DNA of 56,838 nucleotides, filler included, from Sphacelaria rigidula (GCA_964200075.2; 7 parts of 7 records of this genome joined end to end with filler, not necessarily neighbours in it); one strand, 5' to 3'. Shown: positions 12,914 to 25,132, counted from the first letter of the whole stretch. Numbers and translations: made by a program. Notes: a model not told the origin generated them from the letters alone.

Positions 12914-13345
12914 AACACGGAATTTTACAAATTGGGGATGGTTTTTTTTATTGAGGATGAGAACACGGAGAATTACAATCTTCGTATCCACGCCGAATCT
13001 TCGAAGTATGCTCCCATTTGTTTACTTGCCGGTAGCTATTGACAGCTGCTACACGCCATGCAAATTTGGATTTCGATAACCGAAATGTCGGGGTCCTAGG
13101 TGAAAAAACAACTTTGGGGTCCGATCGGATCACCTAAATCCCCAAAAAATGGTTTTTCATCTAAGACCCCGACATTTCGATCATCGGAATCCAAATTTGT
13201 ATGACGTGTAGTAGTTGTCAATAGCTACCAGCAAGGGAAGAAATGGAACCAGGTTTCGAGGATTTGGTGTGGATACGAAGAATTTTATTCTCCGGGTTCT
13301 CATCCCCAATAAATAATCCATCCCCAATTTGTAAAATCCTGTGTT
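12914..13345. mobile_element. Foldback MITE with AAC...GTT termini and TACT 4-bp TSD, in an EML intron
   Basis: Left end aacacggaattttacaaattggggatgg; right end ccatccccaatttgtaaaatcctgtgtt; ~200-bp arms. A second copy lies at 37948-38390. Confidence 0.9.
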
Positions 13346-13758
13346 TACTCGTGCCGTCGATCTCCTCGCCTAGAAACGACTCAGTAACCCCATGGGATTG
13401 ACCGTTCTCTTCCAAGGTCTTTGCACTACATGTTTTTTTCGATGATTGGATCAGCACGCCCACCACCCCCTCAAATTTCATCGTTTTTTTGTTTTTCGCG
13501 TTATATTATCACGCTGTTAGACGACCAAAACAGAACGCCGCGGGAGACCGTCTACCTCACTGTAGGGGTACATGAACAAGCGACCATTACGCGCGTGCAC
13601 AGCTGGCGGTGTAACAGTCTGAACATCGTGGTGCGACAAATCTCGGAGTTGTATTGAATGAGGCGGCGAATGACAATTTCTGCTTTTTTTGTTTGTTCAA
13701 AAATTGGAGTTCGAAATATTGAGGGGTATTCATATTACCGTACGGAATAACGCCTCAC

Positions 13759-13863
13759 CTCGCCTCCGGCACTGTACCGCACGTTGTTGCGACAGGTGCG
13801 ACCCGAGTACCCGTGGATCCAGTCCAGACTAGCGCCAATGTCAGGTACGCTTTTGTCGATTGC
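13759..13863 (-). CDS. EML-family exon containing the HELP motif
   Basis: TAG|...|GTGAG, 105 nt, AIDKSVPDIGASLDWIHGYSGRTCRNNVRYSAGGE (HELP consensus L-x-W-[VI]-x-G-Y-x-G-x-x-C-R-x-N). Confidence 0.93.
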
Positions 13864-14684
13864 CTAAACGGATAGCAACGACAGAAAGTATATGAGACCC
13901 AGGACCTTATCATGAAGTGTACAAACAGCAGCGATGGGCTCCAGAGAACTCACGGCGGACTCCAGAGTCATCCTACGTTTTACTCGGGCGAGGGATTTCT
14001 GAGTCACCTCTTTCACGGAATTACACTTGAAGCCATCGTGGAAAGCAGCACCTCTTGTTCGAACGCGGTTGGTAGCTATAAGTCACACCTACTCATATTG
14101 CCTGACACCATTTTCACCAAAATACAAGCGCACCGCGAGCTTGTTGGGCCGTCTGACACACCTATGAGTCCCCATTTTTCGTGGAATCAGATCCCCCCCA
14201 ACTCCCCCACTCGTAGGACCACTCTCCAGTGCATGAAGGATGTGGTACCGGAGTTGATAGATACAGCTTACGAGAATTGCGCACAGGCGAGGCAAAACGT
14301 TCGCTGGGAAATTGTTGAGCTACGTGTTACGGTGGGTTACCAATGGAATAGCACGATAGCTGAGTTCAGTGCGTGTGCTGATGATCATGGGTTCAATGAT
14401 TTTTGACTTGGCTACCGGTAAGTTGGGTTAAGCATCGTGTGCGACATGAAAACGTGCGCTCCAGGTGCGTATAGGGTTAACCAGGTAGTGGAAGGTGGGT
14501 GAAGGGTAAATCAGGTAGTGGGAGAAGCCTCACAGAGGGGTCGATAAACCAGTGGTTAATGACACAGTTCGTCGTCGGGACAAGGGAAACTCGATCCACG
14601 AGATGATTGGGAACCATGCAGCCGGCGAGGCAGTTGTCATATTGATATTATGTATACGTGATTCGACGCTTTGCACTACGCATT

Positions 14685-14906
14685 GTGTGGGTGTTGTCGT
14701 CCTATTCATTCTGGACGCCGGTGTACACCTTTCGGTATATGTGGGCGCACCAGCCGGGGTCACACAGGAGGAAGGTCAACACAGGAGCTTTTTCTTTCGT
14801 GTTTGTTTTTAGTTCTCCACCTTCCTTCTGCGGTGCTTGTCTTGACTTTTTTTCGCGTTAAGGGTTCAGCAATCCCTTTTCCTCGTCGATAACCGAGTCG
14901 AATTTT
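14685..14906 (-). mobile_element. 3' half of the tRNA-derived SINE
   Basis: ctggacgccggtgtacacctttcggtatatgtgggcgcaccagccggggtcacacaggag matches the copies at 34770 and 52245 (reverse). Confidence 0.85.
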
Positions 14907-15960
14907 TTGCTTCAGCGAATGTTATACCGATGATACCAGTTCCTAGCAGTGTCTGCGCAGAAGAGTGTGCCGAGACGCACGCAACACGGGATAGGCGTAT
15001 GTTTACACCGCCATGTATCGTCCGATGTAGCGATATGAATGTCACCGTTTACGCCGTAATCAAAATGTCTTGAGAATCAGGTGCCGTATTACGCTGCGGC
15101 AGGCATCCTACATATCTACACCGGAACTTAGACAAACCTTTCCACTGAAAGCGCTTGGCACAAGGCTCTTGATAGCGTCCGTCCAAGGAGGCTTGTGTTT
15201 TTCGTCGCTTGCCTGGATCGTCCAATTGAGAAACGCGGGCGACACAAAGCGGATGGGCAAGCCATGCAGGTTGCCTCGCACTTCCATTCATCCAATCTTG
15301 AACAATAGCCAAGCGGTATTGTTTTCATATCTTTATTCACGAGCATCTCGCTTGCACTTACTACAAACTGCCAACGTCGCGTCAGGGGTGATGCTGCATC
15401 ATCCTCGGGTTCGTCAGGAAGGCGCGTTCGTTTCGGTAACATGATGTTATGGGGCAGCACAACAACACGGGAAATACGACGGACTGACGGTGTCCCGGGG
15501 GTGCTGAGAGCATAGTAATGGATCGATATTAGAGTACTGTTTATGACTCCATATGGCAGGCGAGTGTATGGTCCTCTCTCTGTTGCACTCGTCCGGTCAC
15601 TCCTAGTCCATCAGCAAGTGTTTTGTGAACGTTGCGTGGAGCGTCGGAAATATCACGAATTCAATTCACGTGTAGATATCTTCGGATCACAAAATGTGCA
15701 GATACGTTCGGAGACAGATTTTCTCGGGTCAAAGTGGGGATCTTATAGACGCAAAGACATGCCAACGTGTTTTGAAAATCCGATTTGATCACGAAATAGT
15801 CACGTCAGTCACATTAGCTGAGATGCCACGAACTGCTTAATTTTTCCGTTGCGTATGCAACCCCTTCCCTTCGTCCGAGCGAGTCAGTAGTCTCAAGTGA
15901 TCTATCCACCTCTCCCCTGGTACCCGTTTTTCCCGCCGAGCATTACATCATTAGATCGTT

Positions 15961-16007
15961 AGATCAATAGATCAATAGATCAATAGGTCAATAGATCAAT
16001 AGATCAT
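15961..16007 (+). repeat. (AGATCAAT)n short tandem repeat
   Basis: About six 8-nt units. Confidence 0.9.
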
Positions 16008-16999
16008 TCCCGTTGTCTGAACCAAGAGGACGAGAGCAGCAAAGAATATTTGGCGCATATCGACGCGATGCAGGAGTGCTCATCCAATCCACGATGAGGT
16101 ACCAAAATGTCAGGCATGTACCAGGGGGTGTACTCATGATCATGCATGCCATAGTCATGAGACCATCGNNNNNNNNNNNNNNNNNNNNNNNNNNNNNNNN
16201 NNNNNNNNNNNNTTAATTAATTAANNNNNNNNNNNNNNNNNNNNNNNNNNNNNNNNNNNNNNNNNNNNAATGGGGGGGGGGCTTCATTTCTTCTTCTTCT
16301 TGTAGCGGTTAGGGCGTTCTCGTGAAGAAATGGTCTATACCAAAGTAGAACGCCCGGAGCCAGTGAAGCAGATTGGAAAACAGCAACCTGGCCCACTTAT
16401 TTTCGGCAGTTATGACTCAGAGAGCGTCGACACAACATTTCAATACACGAACACCAAACACGGGCCGGTGAGTGGCCTGCGAAGTATTGCTCCGAATTCG
16501 TACAGACAGACCCGGTTTTGTGAATGGTGGAGAAACGCATGACAACCGCCAGAAATATATGTATTTCCTGTCAATCACTGTTCACGTACAGCTCGTCAGG
16601 TCTACTGCGCTATTATTGTTATAGTTGGCGACCATCAAATAATCCCGATCCATCAACCAAGATTTGGACAAATGATCAAAACATTGAACCAACACGAACA
16701 AGAGATTTGAAGCTACGGTGTACAATCCATTTGTTGCGAAACGCGCGAGCAATCATGTATGTTTAGATGTGACAAGTTGGGCAAGCCTCCATGAAGAAAT
16801 GACGCGATGGCTCGGTGGTCACGCTGACGGAAAGAGTCGTGCTACGATAGGGTTTCACTTTTTCGGCTAAAATGTTCACCTAGTAGCCAAAATCGAGGTT
16901 GCAGGCGAGGAGGATGAGCTCGTTTGGGGAGGTCCGCTTGCAAGGCGATGGGCTCCCGGTAGGCACGACTAGTGATTCGTTGGCATTTCTGGAGAGCTT

Positions 17000-19750
17000 T
17001 ACCCTGGGTGAAGGTCATGATGTCCGTTTTTGTGGGATTTTACGTGTATCATTCAAGCGGTGATCCTACTCCACGCACCACAAACTCCTTGACACGCATC
17101 CTACTTCACACACCGAACTTCGAATCGGCATCAGCACCGCGGAGACTCGCCGACGTCGACTACCTGGTTTTGACCTTGTAATATTCCACGTATCCTTCTT
17201 CTACTATCCACTCGACCTCCGCAGCGAAAAGAAGGCTCGATTCCCCCCCGCAATGCAGTTTGCATCTGTGACGTCTCGACTTGCGGTCTGTTTGAACCGA
17301 AGTGACACTGGCTCTAAACGCTTTCTTGATCCTCCATAGTTTCGCACCCTGGGACGAATATGGTCCCGTGAACGTTTTTCGACTTTTGTTTCGATGCTGA
17401 AAAGCTTGGGACATACTGTGCACCGGCGGATATCCTCCTTGAAAAGCAGTTCTGCTTCAAAGTCGCTGAAGGCGGATAAGGAGTTTGTCGAGAGAAGGAC
17501 AACATTCGAGTGTGCATTCGCGACTACGTCATCTCGTAATTTGAAATGATTGCTCTCCCCGCCCTGCATTGCTGTCGGCGGTAACCCCATTCGGAACCAC
17601 GTAATGAACATACTCCATTTCTGCGGCTCGCTCAAAATCAACCATCCACAGAATCGTGTCTCCGTTGAGGAACATGCCGTCGTGTGAGTTGTCAGACGAA
17701 CTCCACGGGCTCGGCGCTTTCCGGGCTATCAGCACTGGCACTATATCCTGACCGCGTTGTTACGCGGGGTCGACTCGAATAAGAGCAGTATACCCACAGG
17801 GCAGGCGTTCCGGAAGATGGTCGGACAGCTAACATTCCCTAGCGCTGACTTCCTCATCGTAGTTTCCGCCGACCTCTCTTCTGCTGTATTCGGATGGTCC
17901 GGACATGATCCTGCGGCGGATGGGAGGATACCACTCTGGGTGCCGGTCGAGGCACATTTCGCAGCTGTATGAGAATCCGCGCAGATGTGGGGGGTGAAAG
18001 AGGCAGGTGTTAGGGTGTATCCGGAGACGTTGCCATCGATAAAAATCCCGGAAGCGAAGGTATATCCATTTATCGGAAAAGCTTGGCAAATTCGTCTGTT
18101 GTTGGGGGAACTCACAAGCAAGATAGCTGGTAGACGGCGATGATGTCTGGTGTGCCCGTTGCTGCTACCCTGCCAATAGCTTGGCATCCTGAGACTTTGA
18201 TCTCCTTTGGTACCGACCGGGCCGCCTGGCGCACAGCAGGTGTCACGTCTTCTTCACCAACAAACAGGAACTATCTTCCGAGAAGGTTGTTCGCCTGCTT
18301 CGTGAGTAGGAAAGTCTTCTGCTGCGGTGTGCTTCGCCCCTCGCCGATTCACGTCTGTTAAGAAGCAGAGTAGGTGGAGTCCACCTGTAAAAGTCTTTCC
18401 TCGTTCATCGATGCCTGGCTTGGGAAATACTACACATGACATTAGCTGCACAACTGGGTCCGCTGGGGATCTGCTACGTGTATGACGGGCAGGAGATCGA
18501 CGATTAGAACGAGACTCACATATGAAAACGTTCACTAGAGCGCGATGTCATCGCCTGCCCATTGCGGGAGGTGTTAGCGTCCCGCAGTCACGGATGGGGT
18601 AGAGAATATGTTTTCCCGAGTCTATTATGAACAACGATGCGATCGTCTATATTGTCGAGCAATTGCCATGGTTACGCCTGTGTGGCACATGTTGTCTGAC
18701 CGCCTCTTCCATCTCTGTCATGATGTCGTCGTAGAAGTTCACCTTCGTGTCCATCAAGTACCGAACAGGCATACGAGAGCATAGCTCGGGTTTAACGCAC
18801 ACCAGCGGGTGGTCTCCGTCTGAGCGTTTGTGGTTGCCGGGTGAATAGTCGTGCTTCCATTTCACCTCATACGGAGACGGCTGGGTGTGAAATGTGACCC
18901 GTTCTTCAATCCAGGCCAGTGCGTTGGGACACGTGACCTCCAGTCGATCTGATCGCGGCTTCCTGTCGGGCACGCTGAAAGACGGCAGCATGGCATAGGT
19001 GGATGCCGGATACGCGAGGGGGGTGGATACGCATCATACTCTATTTTCATACACACGGGATGCTCGGCAGCCGACGCATCATCGCGACTGAGCGTTGATG
19101 AAAGTATTCCGTCTTCAGATTGGTGGATGTTGTAATGGGTGTGTCTATCCATGGCACTTGTGGGGAGGAATACTGTTGGTGTACGCATCATCGATATCCA
19201 CCTCAGTCGTCGTGACTCACATGCGGTGCGGCTCTCCGTTTTCCATGGCGTCCTCTCGCCTCCTCTTCGCGCCATAAAACGCTTCTCGGCTCAGGAGTCC
19301 TCCAATGAACTCTTTGGCGTCTGCATCTGTTGTGGATTCCCCGCACATAGCGCCTAAAACGGACCTGCGGATTTTCCTCCCTCAGAGGCGACGATATCTG
19401 GCTCTGACAGTTGCGCCCAAAGTTCACGAATGTTGTCGCATATCGCGCCATCACCGTTCCTCATCGTTCTGTCACTTGCCAGGTTGGGATCAATCAGGTT
19501 CACAAACCGAGGGTGTTTCTGGAGGAGAGACCTGGTGAGCTCCCTGATTTCGTCCCATGTCGTCTCTATATTCAGCCACTTCTGCTCTTCATCTGACTCC
19601 ACAGCGTTGAGAAATACGTCTGCGGCTTTGTACAGTGAGTTTTTGAGGTTCCATGCTGACGTCCTTCCCATTGCTTGAGGTCGGTCTCGCCCCACAGTCC
19701 TGGGTGATATCAAATACGTGCTGAGGTGTGACATCCTTTAGCTTTACCAC
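17000..19750 (-). pseudogene. Fragmented transposase-like coding sequence
   Basis: The pieces RKPRSDRL...WIEERVTFHTQPSP...PVRYLMDTKVNFYDD, VFPKP...LHLLCF and FLFVGEEDV...IKVSGCQAIGRVAATGTPDIIAVYQLSCL occur in the order of Sola2-type N- and C-terminal blocks. No DDD core was seen. Boundaries are approximate. Confidence 0.55.
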
Positions 19751-19829
19751 AGTTCGGCCATGCGAACATATGTTTCAGCACGCCATACGTTGTCGGCGCC
19801 TCATCTCTTATTCGAATTCGGAATGTCCT

Positions 19830-21030
19830 TGCCTCGCCGTCGACTGGCGCTGGCTAGCCTCATATACGAAGGAGATTCCCTTCGAGGTCTTTGTATTTTG
19901 ATATCCGTTGCGTGCCTTGGAGAAGGCGATCAAAAGATGTCGGCTTATGTCTCCGTAGGGCAAGGTGATTTATCTATAGGTTAGGTTGTGTTGGCGTGTA
20001 CCGTAGCAACAACGCATATCCTATTAGGGGGCGGCCTCTGACTCGATCAAAGATTGCCACGTCTGGATCTCCTTCGTGTACGACGCTCTCATGAGGCCCA
20101 TCTAAAAATATAAATACTATGCTTGCTGCTTTGCCGGCGATTGGCGACGGCGAGCCTCATATATGAAGGAGACTCCCTTCGAGGCTGTTCTATTTTGATA
20201 CCCGTTGCGTGCCTTGCAGAATGCGATGAAAATATGTGGGCGTGGGCCTATCTCTTCATAGGGCAAGATGATTCATCGATAGAACAGGCAACGTTGTTAT
20301 TTACCGTAGCAACACAACGCGTATCCTACTCGGGGGCGGCCCCTGACTTCATCAAAGATTGTCAAGTTTGGGTCTCCTTCATGTATGAGGCTCTCACGAG
20401 GCCCATCCAAGAATATATATATTATGCTTGCTACTTCGCCGGCGATTGACGACGGCGAGCCTCATATGCGAAGGAGATTCCCTTCAAGTTTTTGGTACTT
20501 TGTTATCCGTTGCGTGGCTTATTTATGCGATGAACAGAAGTGGGCCTATACCTCCATATGGCGAGATGACTCATGATTCATCGATAGATTAGGTCATGTC
20601 GGCATGTACCGTAGCAACAACTCATATCCTATTCGGGGGTGGTCTCTGACTTCATCAGAGATTGCCGAGTTTGGGTTTCCTTCGTGTATGAGGCTCTCGT
20701 GAGGCCCGTCTTACAACATTAATATTATGCTTGCTTCGTCGGCGACTGGTGATGGCGAGCCTCATATACGAAGGAGATTCCCGTCAACGTCTGTGTATTT
20801 TTATATCCGTTGTGTGCCTTGTAGGGCGCGATGAAACGATGTGGGCCTATCCCTCCATAGGACAAGATGATTCGTGAATTGATTTTGTTATTATGTTGTT
20901 GGCATGTACCGTGGCACCACACTGCATATCCTATTCGGGGGCGGCCTCTGACTTGATCACAAATTGCCGAGTTTGGGTCTCCTTCGTGTATGAGGCTCTG
21001 ATGGGGCCCGTCGAAGCATAAAAGTATTAT
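19830..21030 (+). repeat. Four diverged ~300-bp tandem repeats
   Basis: The anchor gcctcatat...gaaggagattccc recurs at 19857, 20154, 20459 and 20759 (spacing 297, 305, 300). Confidence 0.95.
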
Positions 21031-22500
21031 GCCAGATGTTTCTGTACTGCTATACCTAAAATGCCATGGTAGACATTCGCGTCTCATTTCATGTTGCGAT
21101 TCATTCATGTGTTGCTCTTCGTTACAATTCTCTGGGGTTACGAGTCCATCCCTGGCGTTTCGAAACCGTGCTCTACGGAGGGTAGTATTCCCCCTCGGGT
21201 GGATGAGGTGAATCGGCATCATTTCCATTGTTTTTCAAAAATAGCTGATGCCAGGTCACATAATGGCCCCTGTGTGCAGACACTAGGTTCGTTGAATACC
21301 GGTCCCGAAAGAATTGACGCCGCATTCTCGGAACTATTACCGCACCCCTACCATGGCATCACTTAACGTGTGGTCTCCCCCCTTGGCAGGGTCTCCTAAT
21401 CGGTTGTCACGTCTGTATCTGCCGGGGACTTCGGACAATTCTTTAATGCGGTCGTCCTGGGTTATGGACATGTGCAGGGGTGTTAGGTGCCTGGCTGAGA
21501 TAGCCGCGTAGGGAACGAGAAGAAACAGCGCATTCAACGCGGAGGCGTGGCGCTTGCTAAATGGTGCATGTCATGCCACTTCCGGCTTGTACGAGCTTGG
21601 CCAGCCTCGAAACGGATATAAGCTCTCAAAGCAATATCTCAACGACACAGACGAGTTGGGCCGTGATCCGCATATCGTATTAATTTCTAATCAAGGGGAA
21701 GGTACCCATCTGCTCAAAATTCTGGGCCGATTTTTTTCGTTGATTAAACCCCATGTCTAGTAATTCCTATACCTAGCGGAGAGAGCGTCCACACTAAAAT
21801 TTATATGAAACCCCGAACGATAGATTACGCGGATGATGACAATATTTTATGCGAACCGTCCCTGGAGGACGGGGAGACGATATATACCCTCACTTTCACC
21901 TAATTCGTAATCTATCTCGAGATATGGCGCACATAATGTTTCATACTAAAATCAGTATATTACGAGCAGAGGCACTAGATTACTTCAATCTGGATATCGC
22001 GTCTCAGTTTTTGAGAGTTATGCTATGAAATTATGTATGGAGAACCGCTAGTATGTAATAAAATAAAAAACACAGCATTTTCGTTTTTTATCGTTTTTTT
22101 CCCCATATGTTTTCGTCTCTTCTAGGAGAGTTTTGAGGGGAAATGAACATTGCTCTTGGGCCTTATCTCGAATTTTCAACTCAATTTTGAAAACTTTAAT
22201 TTGAAACTTGGCACGGAGAACGACGGAGGTATGCTGAGTGAAAAAAATGGGCCTTTTTTTTTTTTTCACGAGAGGTTCGGGCGTTCTTGCAAAAAAATGG
22301 TCGTTATCATACAAAACGCCCTCAATCGGTGAAAAAACAAAATCACACATTTTTCTTGGTCCATCATGACCTAGCGAGGTCCCACACAAAGTTTCAACTC
22401 ACGAGTACCAAACGTGGACCGATAAACGGCCTGCAAAATACTCTTCCAAATTTCCGCCAACCCGGTTTTTCGAAGGTACACACGCATTTGTTTTCTTGGA

Positions 22501-22741
22501 GACACTTTCTACGATAGCCCCCCCCCCAAAACCAGCTAAAAGTGTCACGGAACAAATGGCCATACAGCGCCTGATGTTCGGGTTCAGGCTGCATGAAGCG
22601 CCTCATAATTGGCTAGAACCAACCCAAGCGTGGGAATTCCCAACTTCTCGTTGTGCTCGGCTTTTCCCATTTCGATTTACGTCAAGATTTTGCCTCCCGA
22701 AACCGTGCACTTTTTGGGGGGGGGCTATCGTAGAAAGTGTC
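22501..22741. mobile_element. MITE with GAC...GTC termini and TGGA 4-bp TSD
   Basis: Left end gacactttctacgatagcccccc; right end ggggggctatcgtagaaagtgtc. A sister copy lies at 28882. Confidence 0.92.
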
Positions 22742-22744
22742 TGG

Positions 22745-22962
22745 AGTTGGACAGTGAAATTTGGTATGGACAATCAACATGGTATGAAGAAACGCTGTCT
22801 GTGAGGTCCTGAAGTTTTTTTCATTGTATTTCATGAGTGAAGGGCAATATTTTGTAAAATGACCTTCACTCATGAAAGAAGTTGAAAAAACTTCGGGACC
22901 TCACAGACAGCTTTTCTTCATGCCATGTTGATTGTCCATACCAAATTTCACTTTCCAACTCC
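22745..22962. repeat. Long inverted repeat inside a repeated non-autonomous element (~22036-23025; related copy ~31597-32300)
   Basis: agttggacagtgaaatttggtatggacaatcaacatgg pairs with ccatgttgattgtccataccaaatttcactttccaact. A comparable hairpin lies at ~32040-32305. Confidence 0.8.
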
Positions 22963-24562
22963 TAGAAGAAAAATGCGAATTCGCCTGCAAAGTACAAATC
23001 CGCTTTGTAGGCTGGCCCAGCCTGTATGTATGGTGCGCACTACTGTCTCACCACTTCGTTTTTCTTTTCACGTCACAAAGTTTAGTGACGCATTAGTTTT
23101 TGCCCCATACATATATGCTCTTGTGCCCGATTTCGTGCTCAAATTGCTGGCGCTAGGCAGCTGGAATTTACCGTGATTTCGGAGAGATGTGGAGCCGAAT
23201 GGCGTAATTTCCTTGCCTCCGGCGGCGTCCCCTCACCAGCCGGGGGGGGGCGTTTACGCGACTCCGCCGCGTTGCCTCACCAGGTAACGCCGGCGGAGTC
23301 GCGGGGTGGCTTCGCCGCCAGTTATTTAGTTTTTAGTGGAAACTGTAACTGGTTGTAATTTTAATTTTCTGAAACCACTTCACCCTTAGACCCCGATGCG
23401 GGTTGTCCATCTGGATCACGCATACTTTGTTCAAGAGAAAAAATGATGCCGATTCAGCAGGTGACCTACCCTCGCCGTCCAAGGCTTAACTGATTAGCCA
23501 AACCAGTTCATAACTCTACTAGATATGGGCCGGTTAATGAGCCTGCAAATACAAATTCGCTTCTCGGCTGGCCCAGCTCGTACCTCTTGGGGGTGACAAG
23601 CAATGTGACGTCAAAAAACCTTCGACCGCAAAGTGTGTCGACACTTGAGCAGGCATCATGTTCCGAGAATTCGGATGAATGCCATTGGAATTTCCGGCCA
23701 TGCTTACTTCAAAAGTGGCAAAATGATTTGTGATTTTCGATGCCGGTCATGCTATCCCTACACCCGCAGCATAGCATATCCTGTACTTCGTGATCGATAA
23801 CCTTAGACTCACGTGTGCTGTCATACCGGAGCAGTCGCAGGGGGATCAACGGCATCTACTCCCAACAGTGCTGTGCTTCCAGATAAGAAACTACGGACTA
23901 CGAACCGGTTATGATCGAGTGCATATACAGGAGCGCCAAACCGCATTGAACGCGACGTGATGTGAGAAATGTTGTATCTTGATTCCGTAACGGCAAGAGT
24001 AGGCCATCTGTTGAATCGGCATCAATGTCACTTGAAAAAGGTTTATTTCATCCAGACAGACTACCCTCGCGATCTACACTCGGGAGCAAGAACGACATCT
24101 ATCTATGACTTCATCACTTCTCTGCACGAGAGACAAGATGTGTTGGCGTACGTCATCCTTGTGACACGAAAAGGATCAACTGCTTGTTCATTCACGCCTT
24201 GTCGCCTATCGATGTTGCTGTTACTGTACAGTACCGGCCCGCTAGTAAGAAACTGAAAATTCGGCCTGAGGCTGGGTTTCTTATTTCCTGGGAGCATGAG
24301 CANNNNNNNNNNNNNNNNNNNNNNNNNNNNNNNNNNNNNNNNNNNNTTAATTAATTAANNNNNNNNNNNNNNNNNNNNNNNNNNNNNNNNNNNNNNNNNN
24401 NNCCCGACGCTAACCCTAACCCTAATCCTAACCATAGGGATATTCAAATTCCGATGCGGTCCTCTAAGCACGCGGTCCTCTCACGCATTACACGCGCCAT
24501 ACGGAGTGACGAATAAAAATCACACCAACTAAGTAAACTCGATTAATCAACAGCGCACGCGC

Positions 24563-24718
24563 CTTGTGCGGAGATCCCACACGCTCACGCTGCCGTCTTC
24601 TGATCCCGTGACGAGAAAATGTGCAAAAGAGTCGGATCGTACGGCGCAACACATCACCGGCGCGCGATGGGCCTTCGAAATCTCCCATCTCTGTGAAGCC
24701 GTAGCTGCGTCATGGCAC
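24563..24718 (-). CDS. CFAP52/WDR16-like WD40 protein exon (3' boundary 24563 if GC donor, 24559 if GT donor)
   Basis: TAG| phase-2 entry, CHDAATASQRWEISKAHRAPVMCCAVRSDSFAHFLVTGSEDGSVSVWDLRTR. Confidence 0.85.
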
Positions 24719-24866
24719 CTAGCCCGCGGAGATGGACAATACAGTGCGATCGGTAAGACACAAAAGAAAAGGCGTAGTGGTGAGAGTGGTTCGAGATGAG
24801 AGCGGGCATATACAGAGGCAGACGATTCGCTTGAACTTCATGCGCAGCAGCAGCAGCCGTGCTCAC

Positions 24867-25132
24867 CTCACGAAGCAGTCACTCCATCCAGTGACCACAG
24901 CTTCCTCCCGTAGCCAGCACAGGCACAGAGCACTCACACCGCCTCCCGCACCCGTTTCGCTGCCTGCACTGCCACCGCCTCGCGCCCGCTGCTTGAGCGC
25001 GGCCTCCGCCACAACCCCGAAGTCGCAGAGGTCCCACACTCGCACTTTTCCGTCCTGAGAGCAAGTCGCGAAGGCGTCCACACGAGACCCGCAGGCTATA
25101 GCGAGAACTGGGCTCTTTTGCGATGAAGATAC
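24867..25132 (-). CDS. CFAP52/WDR16-like WD40 protein exon
   Basis: CAG|...|GTGAG, 266 nt, VSSSQKSPVLAIACGSRVDAFATCSQDGKVRVWDL...VVTGWSDCFVR. The phase matches both neighbouring exons. Confidence 0.9.

Larger units (their letters stand above)
16834..21364 (-). mobile_element. TIR DNA transposon, Sola2-like, decayed and internally deleted
   Basis: Left TIR GAGTCGTGCTACGATAGGGTTTCAC at 16834; right TIR gcacccctaccatggcatcactt ending at 21364. Between them are broken minus-strand ORFs and four ~300-bp tandem repeats. The superfamily call rests on remembered motif resemblance only. Confidence 0.7.
21592..23580. mobile_element. Non-autonomous TIR element with TA flanks (Tc1/mariner-like), containing nested insertions
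   Basis: TA|cgagcttggccagcctcg ... ctcggctggcccagctcg|TA. Its left ~390 bp recur at 30122-30510. Confidence 0.7.

Noticed and set aside
15362-15445. Possible upstream EML exon with GTAAGT donor
   Set aside because: No nearby AG acceptor and no EML-like residues.
19830-21030. Tandem repeats as a CRISPR-like array
   Set aside because: Units are ~300 bp and similar along their whole length, with no unique spacers and no cas genes.
24410-24434. (CCCTAA)n telomere-like repeats near a contig start
   Set aside because: Only about four degenerate units, not at the very end and probably within an intron. This is not evidence for a chromosome end.
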